From positions 8,978 through 72,977 of IMG/VR virus record IMGVR_UViG_3300009158_000046: DNA of 64,000 nt; one strand, written 5' to 3'. Shown here piece after piece: positions 16,620 through 26,263 of this stretch. Under the pieces are notes generated by a model. It made no database searches. It was given only the letters and a program-made list of their open reading frames with translations, and was not told the origin of the DNA. Positions within the stretch are counted from its first letter, which is position 1. The number at the start of each line of letters is the position of its first letter. Position numbers and translations under genes: made by a program. The stretch comes from a virus.

Positions 16620-17576
16620 TCAGGCGGCTTTCCGGTTCTGGACCTTCGCCACAGCCTTGCGCCTCGCCTTCGCCTTGGCGACGTCGCGCACGGTTTCCGC
16701 TTCCGCGAATTCCGCCATGCTCGGCCCGTCCGCTTGCGCCGCCTTGACCGCTTCCGCTTCCGTGCGGATCCGCTCCGCTTCCGCCGTCAGTTCGCGGATT
16801 CGGTTCGCCAATGCGTCAATCGCGGTCTGGCAATCGGCGACGGTTTCCAGCTTGGCAATCGCGGTCAAGGCATTGCCCAATTGCGAAATAGGCGCGGACT
16901 TGACCGGAGCGGAAGCCTCCGGAGCGGGGGCGATTGCATCGGCAAGGCTAGTTTCCGCCTTGGCCAAGGCTTCCGCCGGAGCGGGGACGGGAGCGGGGAC
17001 GGGAGCGGGGACGTCGTCCGCGTCGTCCGCGTCGTCCGCGTCGTCCGCGTCGTCTTCCCGCGCTTCCGCTTCCGCCTTGGCGCGCAATTCGGCCGCGTCC
17101 TTCGCGTTCTGCTTTTCCGCCTTATCGGCCGCTTTGATCTGTGCCGCAGTGCGATAAAGCGGCGAACCGGCGTGACGTTGCAGGGACACGGCCGATGTCA
17201 TGCCATGGTCCGCAAGCCATGCCTTCAGCGTGGTTGCGGCGGCGTCCGGTTCGGCATGCGAGATGACGGACGCCACGACGTCCGGGTGACGGGCTTCCAT
17301 CCCGTCCGCGATCTGGCGCGCCGCCTTGCGATAGCGGCTCGCGCTCGCCTTATCAATCGTCGGAGCGGCTTCGAGAACCTTGTTTAGTGCGTCGTCGACT
17401 TCAGCGTTAACCCGGTTCCGCTTGTGGGCAATGGCCACAAGCGCCATGGCCAGCGACAAGCCGAACGCTGCGGATTCGTATGCAAGTGCGCTAGCTTTGG
17501 CGAAGCCGCATGCTTTGGCGAAGGACAGGGCCGGAGCGGCCGGAGCGGCGGAAGCGGTGTTTGACTTGCGAGGCAT
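16620..17576 (-). CDS. Ala-rich helical protein with (DDA)n and (PAPV)n linker
   Basis: 318 aa; ATG directly after a palindrome providing GAAAGG; terminator-like hairpin downstream. Confidence 0.75.
   Translation of the reverse strand: MPRKSNTASAAPAAPALSFAKACGFAKASALAYESAAFGLSLAMALVAIAHKRNRVNAEVDDALNKVLEAAPTIDKASASRYRKAARQIADGMEARHPDVVASVISHAEPDAAATTLKAWLADHGMTSAVSLQRHAGSPLYRTAAQIKAADKAEKQNAKDAAELRAKAEAEAREDDADDADDADDADDVPAPVPAPVPAPAEALAKAETSLADAIAPAPEASAPVKSAPISQLGNALTAIAKLETVADCQTAIDALANRIRELTAEAERIRTEAEAVKAAQADGPSMAEFAEAETVRDVAKAKARRKAVAKVQNRKAA
16978..17054 (+). repeat. Coding tandem repeats (12 bp x3 and 9 bp x4.5)
   Basis: (GGAGCGGGGACG)3 followed by (TCGTCCGCG)n. Confidence 0.85.
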
Positions 17577-17594
17577 GGTTGAAAGCCTTTCAAC
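17577..17594. promoter_or_regulatory. Palindromic operator-like site over RBS
   Basis: Minus strand reads GTTGAAAGGCTTTCAACC-ATG. Confidence 0.78.
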
Positions 17595-17849
17595 TTAGGA
17601 AATTATTCCGATACAGCACCATTGCTATATCGAACACATAGCCTGCGCCTATACTTTGATGACTCCAACTAGACTTAACAAAAAAGTTTTTTTACTTCGC
17701 CCAGGACAAGCCGAAGGGGCTAAGTGCTTGAAATTGCTAGGTTTTTACCCATGGGTAGATGCTTTTACCGCCCGAAATTTTTTTTCCGCGTCCTGCAGTC
17801 CGACTTTCACTTCCGCCGAAATTTTCGGTTTCCAAGTGCTAGCACTAGC

Positions 17850-17877
17850 AAAAAGGCCGGGGAACGGGTCCCCGGCC
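17850..17877 (-). terminator. Intrinsic terminator after the primase-helicase gene
   Basis: GGCCGGGGA-ACGGG-TCCCCGGCC with T-run on the minus strand. Confidence 0.75.
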
Positions 17878-17964
17878 AAGCTCCCTAGGAGTTACGATTC
17901 CGCTTCTGAACTTCGTCCCAGAACATCGACCTTCGAACAAGATCCCAGAACTCACCGTCTACTT

Positions 17965-20418
17965 CTACGCCACCTTCTTGACCGCAAGTGTGATCGACGT
18001 GAACCCGACTATCTCTCCGGTCTCGCCCACGACCTTCTCGCGAATTCCCTCCTGGGAACCCCTCCACCGAAAGCGTTCGGTGAATTCGCGCAAGTTCACA
18101 GGCGACACAAAGGCCCGATTTCTGCAGAAGTGCCGGTAATCGGAATAGAGGGTGTCGACCAAAGTGAAGGTATTCGTACCGACCGCTGCCCCCACCAACA
18201 GGTGTCCCTCTTCGAGGCAGCGGTCGAAGTAAAAACGGACTGAGTCCGCGCTCCGGGCCATCTCGTTGACGGCCCTCTGAGAGGACGGGGGCATCACGTA
18301 GCCCTTCATCGCCCTCAACCCGCGAATGCCCTGAACTGCCCAGGCGATGATGGCCGGGGCCTCAAGTTCGACAATCAGTTCGGCATAGCGGGGGATGCGA
18401 ACCCCCTCCTCGATCTTCTTGTGGAACTCGAAGATGACCCACCGCCGGTCATACCCCCCGTCAGGACTGTCGACCTTGGGGAGCTTGTTGGTCCCGAACC
18501 AGTGAGCGCACTTCGGCTCAAGGGTGAACTTGTCCTTGCCCTTGAACTCGACCCCGATCGGGGCACCCTCGACGACCTGCTTGAACAATGCGCCGTCGAT
18601 GCGCTTGGTGTCCTTCATCTCGGCAACGTGGTTCATGAGCTTTCCGGCCATGGCGACCAGCTCGAACCTCTCGCCAAAGACCTCCGGCCTAACCTCGCAA
18701 CACGTCCCCGGTGGCATCAGGCCCCGAACAACGTCCATGATGGTCGACTTTCCGGATCCGGGCTCGCCATAGAACAGGAAGGCGCGGTGGTAGGTCGCCG
18801 CGACCCCGAACAGCGTGGCAGCCATGGCTTGCTGGAGACATTCGACCCGCTGCTCATAGTCGGACTCCTGGCCCCAATATGACTGCAGCATCTCAAGCCA
18901 CTTCACGCAGTGGCCATTTTCTTCCGGGTTGTAGATGTACGGGTGGACGTAGACGCACCCAAAGTTCTTGTCGTGAGGAAGAAGCTCAAGGTCCTGGGTC
19001 AAATACCCATTGGCAAAGTTGATGCCGGGCACCTTGGTCAGGCAAAGAGCCTTCTCACACTTGCCCTGGAGCACCTTGACGATGCCCACATGGTCGGACT
19101 TGCGCTTGGCCGCTGGCAACCGGCCGTAGTTCTCGGAAACGAAGTTCTCAAGCCACTCTCTCCCGACCTTCTGCCAGTGGGTGCCGTGCCACTCCCAGAA
19201 GTTCCCGATGTCGAACCGGAACTCGCCACGCTGTTCCAGGTCCTCAAGAGCCATGGCGGCAATTTCTTCGTGACTGTTCCCCTCCCGGTCACCGCCTTGC
19301 AGGCTTTTCAGCCTCTTGCGGACGTCAGAGAGAGTGACACGCCGACCAGACCCCTCCACCAGCAGCCGAAGGAGCCTTGTCTGCTCCATCTCGACCATGT
19401 CGTCGTTCATGGCGATGCGGGCCAGAGCTGTCTCAAGAGCCCGCATCACGATGGGGGAGTTGTTGTCGACGGCGATTTCACGCAGAAATTCGGCCTCGAT
19501 CTCGTTCGGCGGCAGCTTGCGGTGCTGTCTGCCGATCTCGTCGAGACCAAGATCCTTCTTCAACTCTTCGGAAAGACCCTCGTCCCACCCATCAGGAAGG
19601 GCCTTGTTCTTCGCCAAAACGTCCCGGCGAAGCATTTCGGCGAGCTTTTCGACCGCTTTGTGGGTCGTCACGTCGTCGCCAGCGACCTTTTCGGTGCGCT
19701 CTTCGACCCAGGTGACCAGATGCCCCATGGCCTCGAAGAAGGTGCAGCTCCCGCGCAGAATTTCCCACGCTGCCGTGCCCGCAAGGCGAACGAGCATGTT
19801 GTCGCGACCGCCAGACGCCACATAGCGCAGAGCGGACGCCTTCTGGGTGACGGCAGACGTCCTGACACCGACGTCAGCCAGCGTCTCCCGCAGCAAACTT
19901 TCCCATCCGCGTGGCAGGACAGGGATCCCTCCCCTCCTGACCCACGCCTCCAGGTCGCACGACGACCGGTACGCCGCCCCGGTGTCGGGATGGATCGATG
20001 GTGGAATGACGAACTGCCGCCCGGAGGACAGAAAGTCCATGATCTGGTTGCCGTCAGCGTCCTTCAGCGTGAAAGACAACTCTCCCGAATAGGCAAAGAC
20101 CAGCAGCTTGCCCTTGCGGCCCCACCTCTCGTAGCCCGAGACCGGCAGGATGCGCTCGATAGCGCCAATGACACGGGGATCATCCGTGTCAATGTCGACA
20201 CCCACCAACCCGGACTGGCGACCGCATGCCACCCCGACGTTGTTGCGGCTGTATTGTGACAGCCACGCAGCTCTGGTGTCCTCGTCTGGAAGCTCATTCG
20301 CCCATGTCGTCCACGCGCTGACGACAGGGCGCTTGCCGATCAGTGGGAGAACCGACACTCCGGCATCCCACAATCCCGGCGCAACTGCCCCGAAAATATC
20401 GCCCATTCCGTCCCCCAT
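17965..20418 (-). CDS. Bifunctional Prim-Pol primase fused to D5/P4-type SF3 helicase
   Basis: NVGVACG, GVDID and QFVIPPSIHPDTG (Prim-Pol); GGRDNML (PriCT-like); INFANG; Walker A GEPGSGKST; GTNKLP. Confidence 0.92.
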   Translation of the reverse strand: MGDGMGDIFGAVAPGLWDAGVSVLPLIGKRPVVSAWTTWANELPDEDTRAAWLSQYSRNNVGVACGRQSGLVGVDIDTDDPRVIGAIERILPVSGYERWGRKGKLLVFAYSGELSFTLKDADGNQIMDFLSSGRQFVIPPSIHPDTGAAYRSSCDLEAWVRRGGIPVLPRGWESLLRETLADVGVRTSAVTQKASALRYVASGGRDNMLVRLAGTAAWEILRGSCTFFEAMGHLVTWVEERTEKVAGDDVTTHKAVEKLAEMLRRDVLAKNKALPDGWDEGLSEELKKDLGLDEIGRQHRKLPPNEIEAEFLREIAVDNNSPIVMRALETALARIAMNDDMVEMEQTRLLRLLVEGSGRRVTLSDVRKRLKSLQGGDREGNSHEEIAAMALEDLEQRGEFRFDIGNFWEWHGTHWQKVGREWLENFVSENYGRLPAAKRKSDHVGIVKVLQGKCEKALCLTKVPGINFANGYLTQDLELLPHDKNFGCVYVHPYIYNPEENGHCVKWLEMLQSYWGQESDYEQRVECLQQAMAATLFGVAATYHRAFLFYGEPGSGKSTIMDVVRGLMPPGTCCEVRPEVFGERFELVAMAGKLMNHVAEMKDTKRIDGALFKQVVEGAPIGVEFKGKDKFTLEPKCAHWFGTNKLPKVDSPDGGYDRRWVIFEFHKKIEEGVRIPRYAELIVELEAPAIIAWAVQGIRGLRAMKGYVMPPSSQRAVNEMARSADSVRFYFDRCLEEGHLLVGAAVGTNTFTLVDTLYSDYRHFCRNRAFVSPVNLREFTERFRWRGSQEGIREKVVGETGEIVGFTSITLAVKKVA

Positions 20419-20912
20419 TACACTCCGGTGGTTTCAGCAACCGACCGCAAGTGCTGCAATCTCTTCATGAACTCATTGCGCTGATCCTTGTTGCAGACGT
20501 TGTCTAACGTCTCCAAGATCACGCTCTGGAATTCGGAAACTTCTTTCAGCGTATAAATACGTTCTTTCAGAGAGGTCCACTTCTCCAAAAGTGCTGTTTT
20601 CGCCTTCAAAACGGCCACTCGATCGCTGGTTTCAGCACCTACAAGGTCGTTTTCCAGGGCTTTCATCTCTGAGATGGTCTTCTCCACCTCTCGAAGCATG
20701 ACGTCGAACCGGTCGCCAGCCTCGTCAATCCAGTCCGTAGAGGCCTCAATCTTGGCCTCCTGGAACAGTAATTTCCTCAGATATTCCTTCTCTTTTGCGG
20801 TATAGGGGCACTCTGGAGCCTCTAAATACTCCTTTCCGATGCCATTTGACGCCAAAAAGACTGCCTGAAGCCGGATTTCAAAGCCATCCGGTAGCTTCGG
20901 GTAGGTAGCCAT
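20418..20912 (-). CDS. helical hypothetical protein (possible terminase small subunit or helicase partner)
   Basis: 164 aa, TAATG-coupled to the primase gene, divergent from terL. Confidence 0.7.
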   Translation of the reverse strand: MATYPKLPDGFEIRLQAVFLASNGIGKEYLEAPECPYTAKEKEYLRKLLFQEAKIEASTDWIDEAGDRFDVMLREVEKTISEMKALENDLVGAETSDRVAVLKAKTALLEKWTSLKERIYTLKEVSEFQSVILETLDNVCNKDQRNEFMKRLQHLRSVAETTGV

Positions 20913-21031
20913 GCTTGGATCTCAAGGATGTGGGGACTCAACCTGACTGATCCCCTACTCGGGCGCAATCAAAGCTCCCAAGGAGTCTGCTCTCCTTTAC
21001 TTGGTGATGACCTGACCCCACTTTCAACGCC

Positions 21032-22777
21032 ATGAACAGTTACCTCCGAGAATTCCTCATCACGGCAGAGTCGCGGTTTGATAGCGACAGCTCGACTACG
21101 TCGATGTCGGAGTGGATCATCAAGAATACTCGACATCGGAAGAAGCCATTCTCGTTTGAAGGTTTCGAATTCCAGCGTCGAATTGTCGACGACATGCACC
21201 CGGACTTGTGCGTGATCAAGATCTCGCAGGTCGGCCTGACCGAAGTGCAGCTTCGCAAGAACCTGGGCTTTCTTCGTCGCAATACAGCAGTGACATCGAT
21301 CTTCACGATGCCCACTGACACGATGCGAGACCGCGTCTCGCAGACTCGTGCGAAGCCGCTGATCGACTCCGAACCGGTCTTCAACCCGCCCAACACCGAC
21401 AAGCCGATCCGGCAGAAGGGCCTCTACCAGATCGGAGACAGCTTCGGATACTTCACCGGTTCGACGGAGGGTGATGCCACCTCGATCCCGGCAGACATGC
21501 TGCTCCACGACGAGATCGACCTGACCGACCAGCAGATGATTGGCCTTTTCCAGAGCCGTCTCCAGGCATCGAGGTTCAAGATCAGGCAGGCGTTCTCGAC
21601 GCCAACCTTCCACGGCTACGGCATCGACAGTCTCTACTCGGTGTCGGACCAGCACGAGTATCTCTACCGCTGCCCAGGTTGCCGACAGCACCAGATCCCC
21701 GAGTTTGCCCCACGCTTCCTGGCTCTTCCTGGTCTCAACTCGGACCAGAGCGACCTCTCGCTGCTGAGCCCGGATGAGATCGCGATGATCGACTTCGACA
21801 AGGCACACTGGCGGTGCGGAAACTGCTCGAAGCCGCTCGATCTCACCGACGCCAGCCTGCGCGAGTGGGTGGCCACCTATCCGGGACGACGTTCACGAGG
21901 CTACCGGGTCCGACCAACCTCCGTCGCCACCATCACGCCGTCCTACATCTTTCAGCAGCTCATCCGCTACCAAGCGGCCGGAAACCTGAAGGGCTTCCAC
22001 AACACGGTGCTGGGCGAGCCATTCAACGACAGCAACGCCCGGCTGTCGGAAACCGAGATCCGGGCCGTGATGACAGGACCGGCGGTGCCGGAGATCCCAT
22101 TCTACGTCCCCTGCTTCCTGGGCATCGACGTCGGCATCGTCTGCAGCCTGATCCTGGCTACGGCAGACACAACCGTGCTGTTCGAGCAGGTGCCACAGAA
22201 CAAGATCCTCGACCGCGTGGCCGAGCTTCACTCCCGATACACGATCGTGTCGGGCTGCATCGACCGTTACCCCTACACCCCGCTCTCCGAGCAGCTTCGC
22301 GATGCCCACCCCGGCATCGTCATGCCGATCCACTACGCCACCGCCCCGAACTCGGCCCCCCTCAAGGAGGTGAAGGACGAGTTCGATGTCGTCACGCACT
22401 GGTCAGCACATCGAACCAAGACGCTCGACACGGTTGTCGCAAGGGTCCGCTCCGGAAAGTTCAAGCTGGCTGGCTACGGCAGCCTCCAGAACGTCGTGAT
22501 CAACCACCTCAGGGACATGGTCCGTATCGAGCAACCGGACGTTCCACCGGTATGGAACAAGATCAAAGGAGAAGATCACTTTTTCCATGCCATGGGTTAC
22601 ATGTTTCTCTCAAATCGTCTTCGTGATGCACAGCTTTACAGTTCAGAATCTGAACGTCGTAGCAACATCATACTGTTCGGCGTCAATGCTTTACAGGGAG
22701 CTGATCTATCGCCAAATGGTCTGAACAAGCGCTTAGGCGGTGAGCTGGGCTCGTGGCATTCTTCGACGGTCTTCTGA
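21032..22777 (+). CDS. terL: Terminase large subunit, GpA-like family
   Basis: KISQVGLTE (GpA-type Walker A), LLHDEID (Walker B), STPT, two CxxC, GIDVG and EDHFFHA nuclease motifs. Confidence 0.9.
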   Translation: MNSYLREFLITAESRFDSDSSTTSMSEWIIKNTRHRKKPFSFEGFEFQRRIVDDMHPDLCVIKISQVGLTEVQLRKNLGFLRRNTAVTSIFTMPTDTMRDRVSQTRAKPLIDSEPVFNPPNTDKPIRQKGLYQIGDSFGYFTGSTEGDATSIPADMLLHDEIDLTDQQMIGLFQSRLQASRFKIRQAFSTPTFHGYGIDSLYSVSDQHEYLYRCPGCRQHQIPEFAPRFLALPGLNSDQSDLSLLSPDEIAMIDFDKAHWRCGNCSKPLDLTDASLREWVATYPGRRSRGYRVRPTSVATITPSYIFQQLIRYQAAGNLKGFHNTVLGEPFNDSNARLSETEIRAVMTGPAVPEIPFYVPCFLGIDVGIVCSLILATADTTVLFEQVPQNKILDRVAELHSRYTIVSGCIDRYPYTPLSEQLRDAHPGIVMPIHYATAPNSAPLKEVKDEFDVVTHWSAHRTKTLDTVVARVRSGKFKLAGYGSLQNVVINHLRDMVRIEQPDVPPVWNKIKGEDHFFHAMGYMFLSNRLRDAQLYSSESERRSNIILFGVNALQGADLSPNGLNKRLGGELGSWHSSTVF

Positions 22778-24237
22778 ATATCATCCAGCCGAAGAAGAAG
22801 TCGAAGGTCGGCGGCAGCACGATCACGACCACCTATCAGCCGACGAACGCCGCCCAGAAGCTGGCCATTCCGGCGTATCGCGACCACCTCTCCGACGTCT
22901 TCACCACCCGGACATCCAGCGACAGCAGGGCACTCCTCAAGAGCCTTTTTCGCAACGACCCGGACATTTCGTCTGCGGTGAATGGCTACCTCACGATGGC
23001 GAACACCGAGATGTTCGCCTACGCCGAGACGGTTGAGGGGACGATCGATCCAGAGGTCTCGAAGTCGCTTCAGGCGATCATCAAGCGCCTCACCCGGCAG
23101 GTGGATTACACCCAGGGTTTTCAGTTTAAGCAGTCGATCTACCAGCTCAACGAGAACCTTCGATACATGCTGCTCCTGCGAGGCGGCATCGGCGGTGAGC
23201 TGGTTGTCGACAAGAACGGAAATCCTGACGGCGTTCGCAACGTGGACCTCTCCACGATTGAGTGGTTCGAGGCGAAGCCCGGCGAATACAAGCCATCGCA
23301 GATCGTCTCGGGCCAGCAGACCAACACCAGCCTCGACGTCCCGACCTTCTTCGTCAGCTTCTACCGGCGGGATCCGACAACGATCTACACGGACAGCACG
23401 TTCGTCGCGGCCATCAACACGATCGCAGCCCGGCAGCAGGTCATCAACGACCTCTACCGGATCATGCAGAAGACCGGATTTCCCCGGATCAACGTCACGC
23501 TGCTCGAAAGCGTCGTCATCGAGAACGCGCCAGCCTCGGTGAAGCTCGACCCGGACAAGTTGAAGACCTGGGTCAACGAGCGTCTCGCAGAGTTGCAGGC
23601 GACTTTCGCCAGCATCCAGACGAACCAGGACCTCATCCACACCGACGCGATCGAGGTGAAGATCCTGAACGATCGCAACCCCGGCATGGCGATCGACATC
23701 TCCAGCGTGATGGAAACGCTGAACGCCCAGAACCAAGCGGCCCTCAAGACAATGGCGACGATCCTTGGTCGCGGCACCGCTGGCGTGAACACGGGTTCGG
23801 TCGAGGCTCGGATGGCAGCGATGTTCGCCGACGAGCTGAATGAGCCGTTGGCCGAGTTCTGGGAGAAGCTGCTCAGCTTCTGCCTACACCAGCAGGGCTT
23901 CCAGGGTTTCGCTGTGGTCAAGTTCCGACTTGCGGAGCTGCGTCCCGATCTTGAGTTGGAACCACAGAAGCAGCTTAGAGCTGCTCGTCTACGTCAGGAC
24001 CTGTCTGACGGCATCATTTCTGACACCGAGTACAGCCTGGAAATGTACGGACGTCTGCCAAACGCAGACGCCCCTCCCCTATCGGGAACCAACTTCCTCA
24101 CTCCGAAACCGACCGTTTCAGACGTCAGCCCCAACTCTGATCCGCTTGGACGATCTGTGTCACCGGATGCAAATCCAAAAGCCGCTAATGCCAATCCGAA
24201 GAAGAGTTTCGGTGCTCCTTCTGCACCGAAGAAGTAA
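22753..24237 (+). CDS. Portal protein
   Basis: 494 aa directly after terL; size and position. Confidence 0.75.
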   Translation: MAFFDGLLNIIQPKKKSKVGGSTITTTYQPTNAAQKLAIPAYRDHLSDVFTTRTSSDSRALLKSLFRNDPDISSAVNGYLTMANTEMFAYAETVEGTIDPEVSKSLQAIIKRLTRQVDYTQGFQFKQSIYQLNENLRYMLLLRGGIGGELVVDKNGNPDGVRNVDLSTIEWFEAKPGEYKPSQIVSGQQTNTSLDVPTFFVSFYRRDPTTIYTDSTFVAAINTIAARQQVINDLYRIMQKTGFPRINVTLLESVVIENAPASVKLDPDKLKTWVNERLAELQATFASIQTNQDLIHTDAIEVKILNDRNPGMAIDISSVMETLNAQNQAALKTMATILGRGTAGVNTGSVEARMAAMFADELNEPLAEFWEKLLSFCLHQQGFQGFAVVKFRLAELRPDLELEPQKQLRAARLRQDLSDGIISDTEYSLEMYGRLPNADAPPLSGTNFLTPKPTVSDVSPNSDPLGRSVSPDANPKAANANPKKSFGAPSAPKK

Positions 24238-24284
24238 CAACTTAGATCTACTACCTTCAATTCACGGGACACCACAGCGGTTTT

Positions 24285-24313
24285 CTTGAAACAGAAACCT
24301 GTTCTCATTATCT
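24285..24313 (+). promoter_or_regulatory. Promoter CTTGAA-N17-TTATCT
   Basis: Similar to 26204-26232; alphaproteobacterial sigma70/RpoH-style spacing. Confidence 0.6.
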
Positions 24314-24342
24314 CAGCCAGAGCTAAACCGGAGTAGCTACTG

Positions 24343-26007
24343 ATGCCCAGCCAGCTTGTTACCAAGGTGATCGACGGCATCCCCTACCGCATGGTGGATC
24401 TCTCGGGCACGAACGACGGTCCCTACATCCCGGCCGATGCAGCTTTTGACGCAGCCTTTGAAAAGAGCGTCGTCGGCACTTCGCGTGATAAGTTTCGAGA
24501 CGAGTTTTTCAGCTTCAACAACACCACGATTTGGGAGGTGGTTCAGCAGGGTGCAGGCGCTGCTATCACCGTTGCAGGCACTACCGCCGGTTCTCGTTAC
24601 CTGAATATCGCCACTGGCGTCGGCATCAACGAAGAGACCATCATTCAGTCCAGGCAGTCTTTCAAGATGCCTGTGAAACTGGCTTTCGGACTGTCGATGT
24701 CGCAGCGCATCGTCAACCAGGAAGTGTTTGTCGAACTCGTCAGCGTCAACTCGTCTGGTGTCATTGAGACTGACGCCACGTTTCCATCTCCAAACGCGAA
24801 CAATGCGCTCAACGTTGTTTCCTACAAGTTCGACTCGACTGTCCCAACGTCTGCCATCTACATCACACGCGGCTTTGGCACACCGGAACTGGTTTCGACC
24901 TCGACGGCTCTTGTGTCGACGACCGTCGCCACTGGCACAGGCCCCAATTTCCTTCCGGCCGGTGTGTGGGAAATCAACTCTGACATGGAAGAGGCGGTCT
25001 TCCAGACCCGCGCCATCGACTCCGTCGCGGCTGTCAACGCTGCTTTCAAGCGGACCCAGAACCTGCCTGACCCGCTCAAGGAGTACAAGATCCGCATCCG
25101 TGTCAAGAATCTGAGCACGGCTCCTGCATCGACCACCGACGTTCGCTTTCACTTCTTCCGGCTGCTCGACACGACCCGCTTTACGGTCGACTTCGCGCGT
25201 CACATGGGGCGCGCGAACGACATCTCGGACAGCCTTCCGGTCGCTATTTCGAACACTCCTGCGGTCACGGTCGCTTCGGGCACGCTGACGACACTGACGA
25301 CCTGCACCACGCTCGCCTCCATGACGGCGGGCTGGCTTGGCATTCCCAACACCATTGCGGACGTCGTCTCTGCCGCCCTCACCACGACCACAACCACGGC
25401 GGCTATCATTCCGACCGCTGGCACCGAGTATGAGGTGAACATTCCGGTCACCGCTGTGTCGGGAACGACGCCGACACTCGATGTGATCATCCAGGAAAGT
25501 GATGATACGGCCACCAACTGGTTTGACGTCTACCATTTCCCCCGCATCACTGCGGTGGGGATTTACCGCTCGCCCAAGCTGGTCCTCAAGGGCAACCGCA
25601 TTCGCTACGTCCAGACGGTTGCCGGTACGACCCCGTCTTTCACCCGTGCCGTCAACCGCCTTCAGGGCAACGCAACCGGCATTCTGCCGATGCGGCGCAT
25701 TCTTGATCGCGCCGTGTCTCTCACGACTTTGAATGCCGCTACGGCCAACGTTCAGGCTCAGGAATGCCGAAACGTCCAGCTTGCGATCAACATTGGTGCA
25801 GTTACCACCACGGCTCCGGCTCTTCAGCTCCAAGGGTCTGATGACAACGGAGCAACTTGGTACAGCATCGGAACTGCTCTGACCGCAGTGGCTTCGTCAA
25901 CGGTTCAGCTTACAGTCAACAACGTCAACTCTGAATTAGTTCGAGCCGTAGTCAGCACTGCTGGTGTCGGTGTCACCGCTGGTTATGTATCACTCAAAGT
26001 GTTTTGA
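24343..26007 (+). CDS. Thr/Ala-rich beta-strand virion protein (possible head fibre or decoration)
   Basis: 554 aa between portal and head genes; two C-terminal repeats ending SDDxxxxW. Confidence 0.6.
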   Translation: MPSQLVTKVIDGIPYRMVDLSGTNDGPYIPADAAFDAAFEKSVVGTSRDKFRDEFFSFNNTTIWEVVQQGAGAAITVAGTTAGSRYLNIATGVGINEETIIQSRQSFKMPVKLAFGLSMSQRIVNQEVFVELVSVNSSGVIETDATFPSPNANNALNVVSYKFDSTVPTSAIYITRGFGTPELVSTSTALVSTTVATGTGPNFLPAGVWEINSDMEEAVFQTRAIDSVAAVNAAFKRTQNLPDPLKEYKIRIRVKNLSTAPASTTDVRFHFFRLLDTTRFTVDFARHMGRANDISDSLPVAISNTPAVTVASGTLTTLTTCTTLASMTAGWLGIPNTIADVVSAALTTTTTTAAIIPTAGTEYEVNIPVTAVSGTTPTLDVIIQESDDTATNWFDVYHFPRITAVGIYRSPKLVLKGNRIRYVQTVAGTTPSFTRAVNRLQGNATGILPMRRILDRAVSLTTLNAATANVQAQECRNVQLAINIGAVTTTAPALQLQGSDDNGATWYSIGTALTAVASSTVQLTVNNVNSELVRAVVSTAGVGVTAGYVSLKVF

Positions 26008-26009
26008 CC

Positions 26010-26144
26010 ATGTCGAAAACCGGAGAGTGTTACTGGATAGACCAGTACGAAACTCTCTGGCTTGCAGAGAGCTTCGTCGATAACGACGGAGTCGTGTCTA
26101 CTACACAGACGATGATCGAAGCTGCTCCTGAAGTCTATTCTTAA
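26010..26144 (+). CDS. 44 aa hypothetical protein
   Basis: Manual translation MSKTGECYWIDQYETLWLAESFVDNDGVVSTTQTMIEAAPEVYS, starting 2 nt after the previous stop. Confidence 0.5.
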   Translation: MSKTGECYWIDQYETLWLAESFVDNDGVVSTTQTMIEAAPEVYS

Positions 26145-26203
26145 ATGCACCTTCATTTTACTGTAGTTAATAACTACAACTCACAAGATATAACAGAACT
26201 TTA

Positions 26204-26232
26204 CTTGAAACAGGAACCTCGTCCCATTATTT
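26204..26232 (+). promoter_or_regulatory. Promoter CTTGAA-N17-TTATTT for head genes
   Basis: CTTGAAACAGGAACCTCGTCCCATTATTT; palindrome TGTAGTTA-A-TAACTACA at 26162-26178 upstream. Confidence 0.6.
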
Positions 26233-26263
26233 CCGCAAGGCCATAGCCTTGGGTCATTGCGCG

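Noticed and set aside
16062-16747. Arg/Ala/Gly-rich ORFs over the G-rich and hairpin region
   Set aside because: Translations of low-complexity repeats with no clear RBS or protein-like composition
17715-17848. CIRCE (HrcA) or CtrA sites suggested by AGTGCTAGCACT and nearby TTAA
   Set aside because: Neither TTAGCACTC-N9-GAGTGCTAA nor TTAA-N7-TTAA is actually matched
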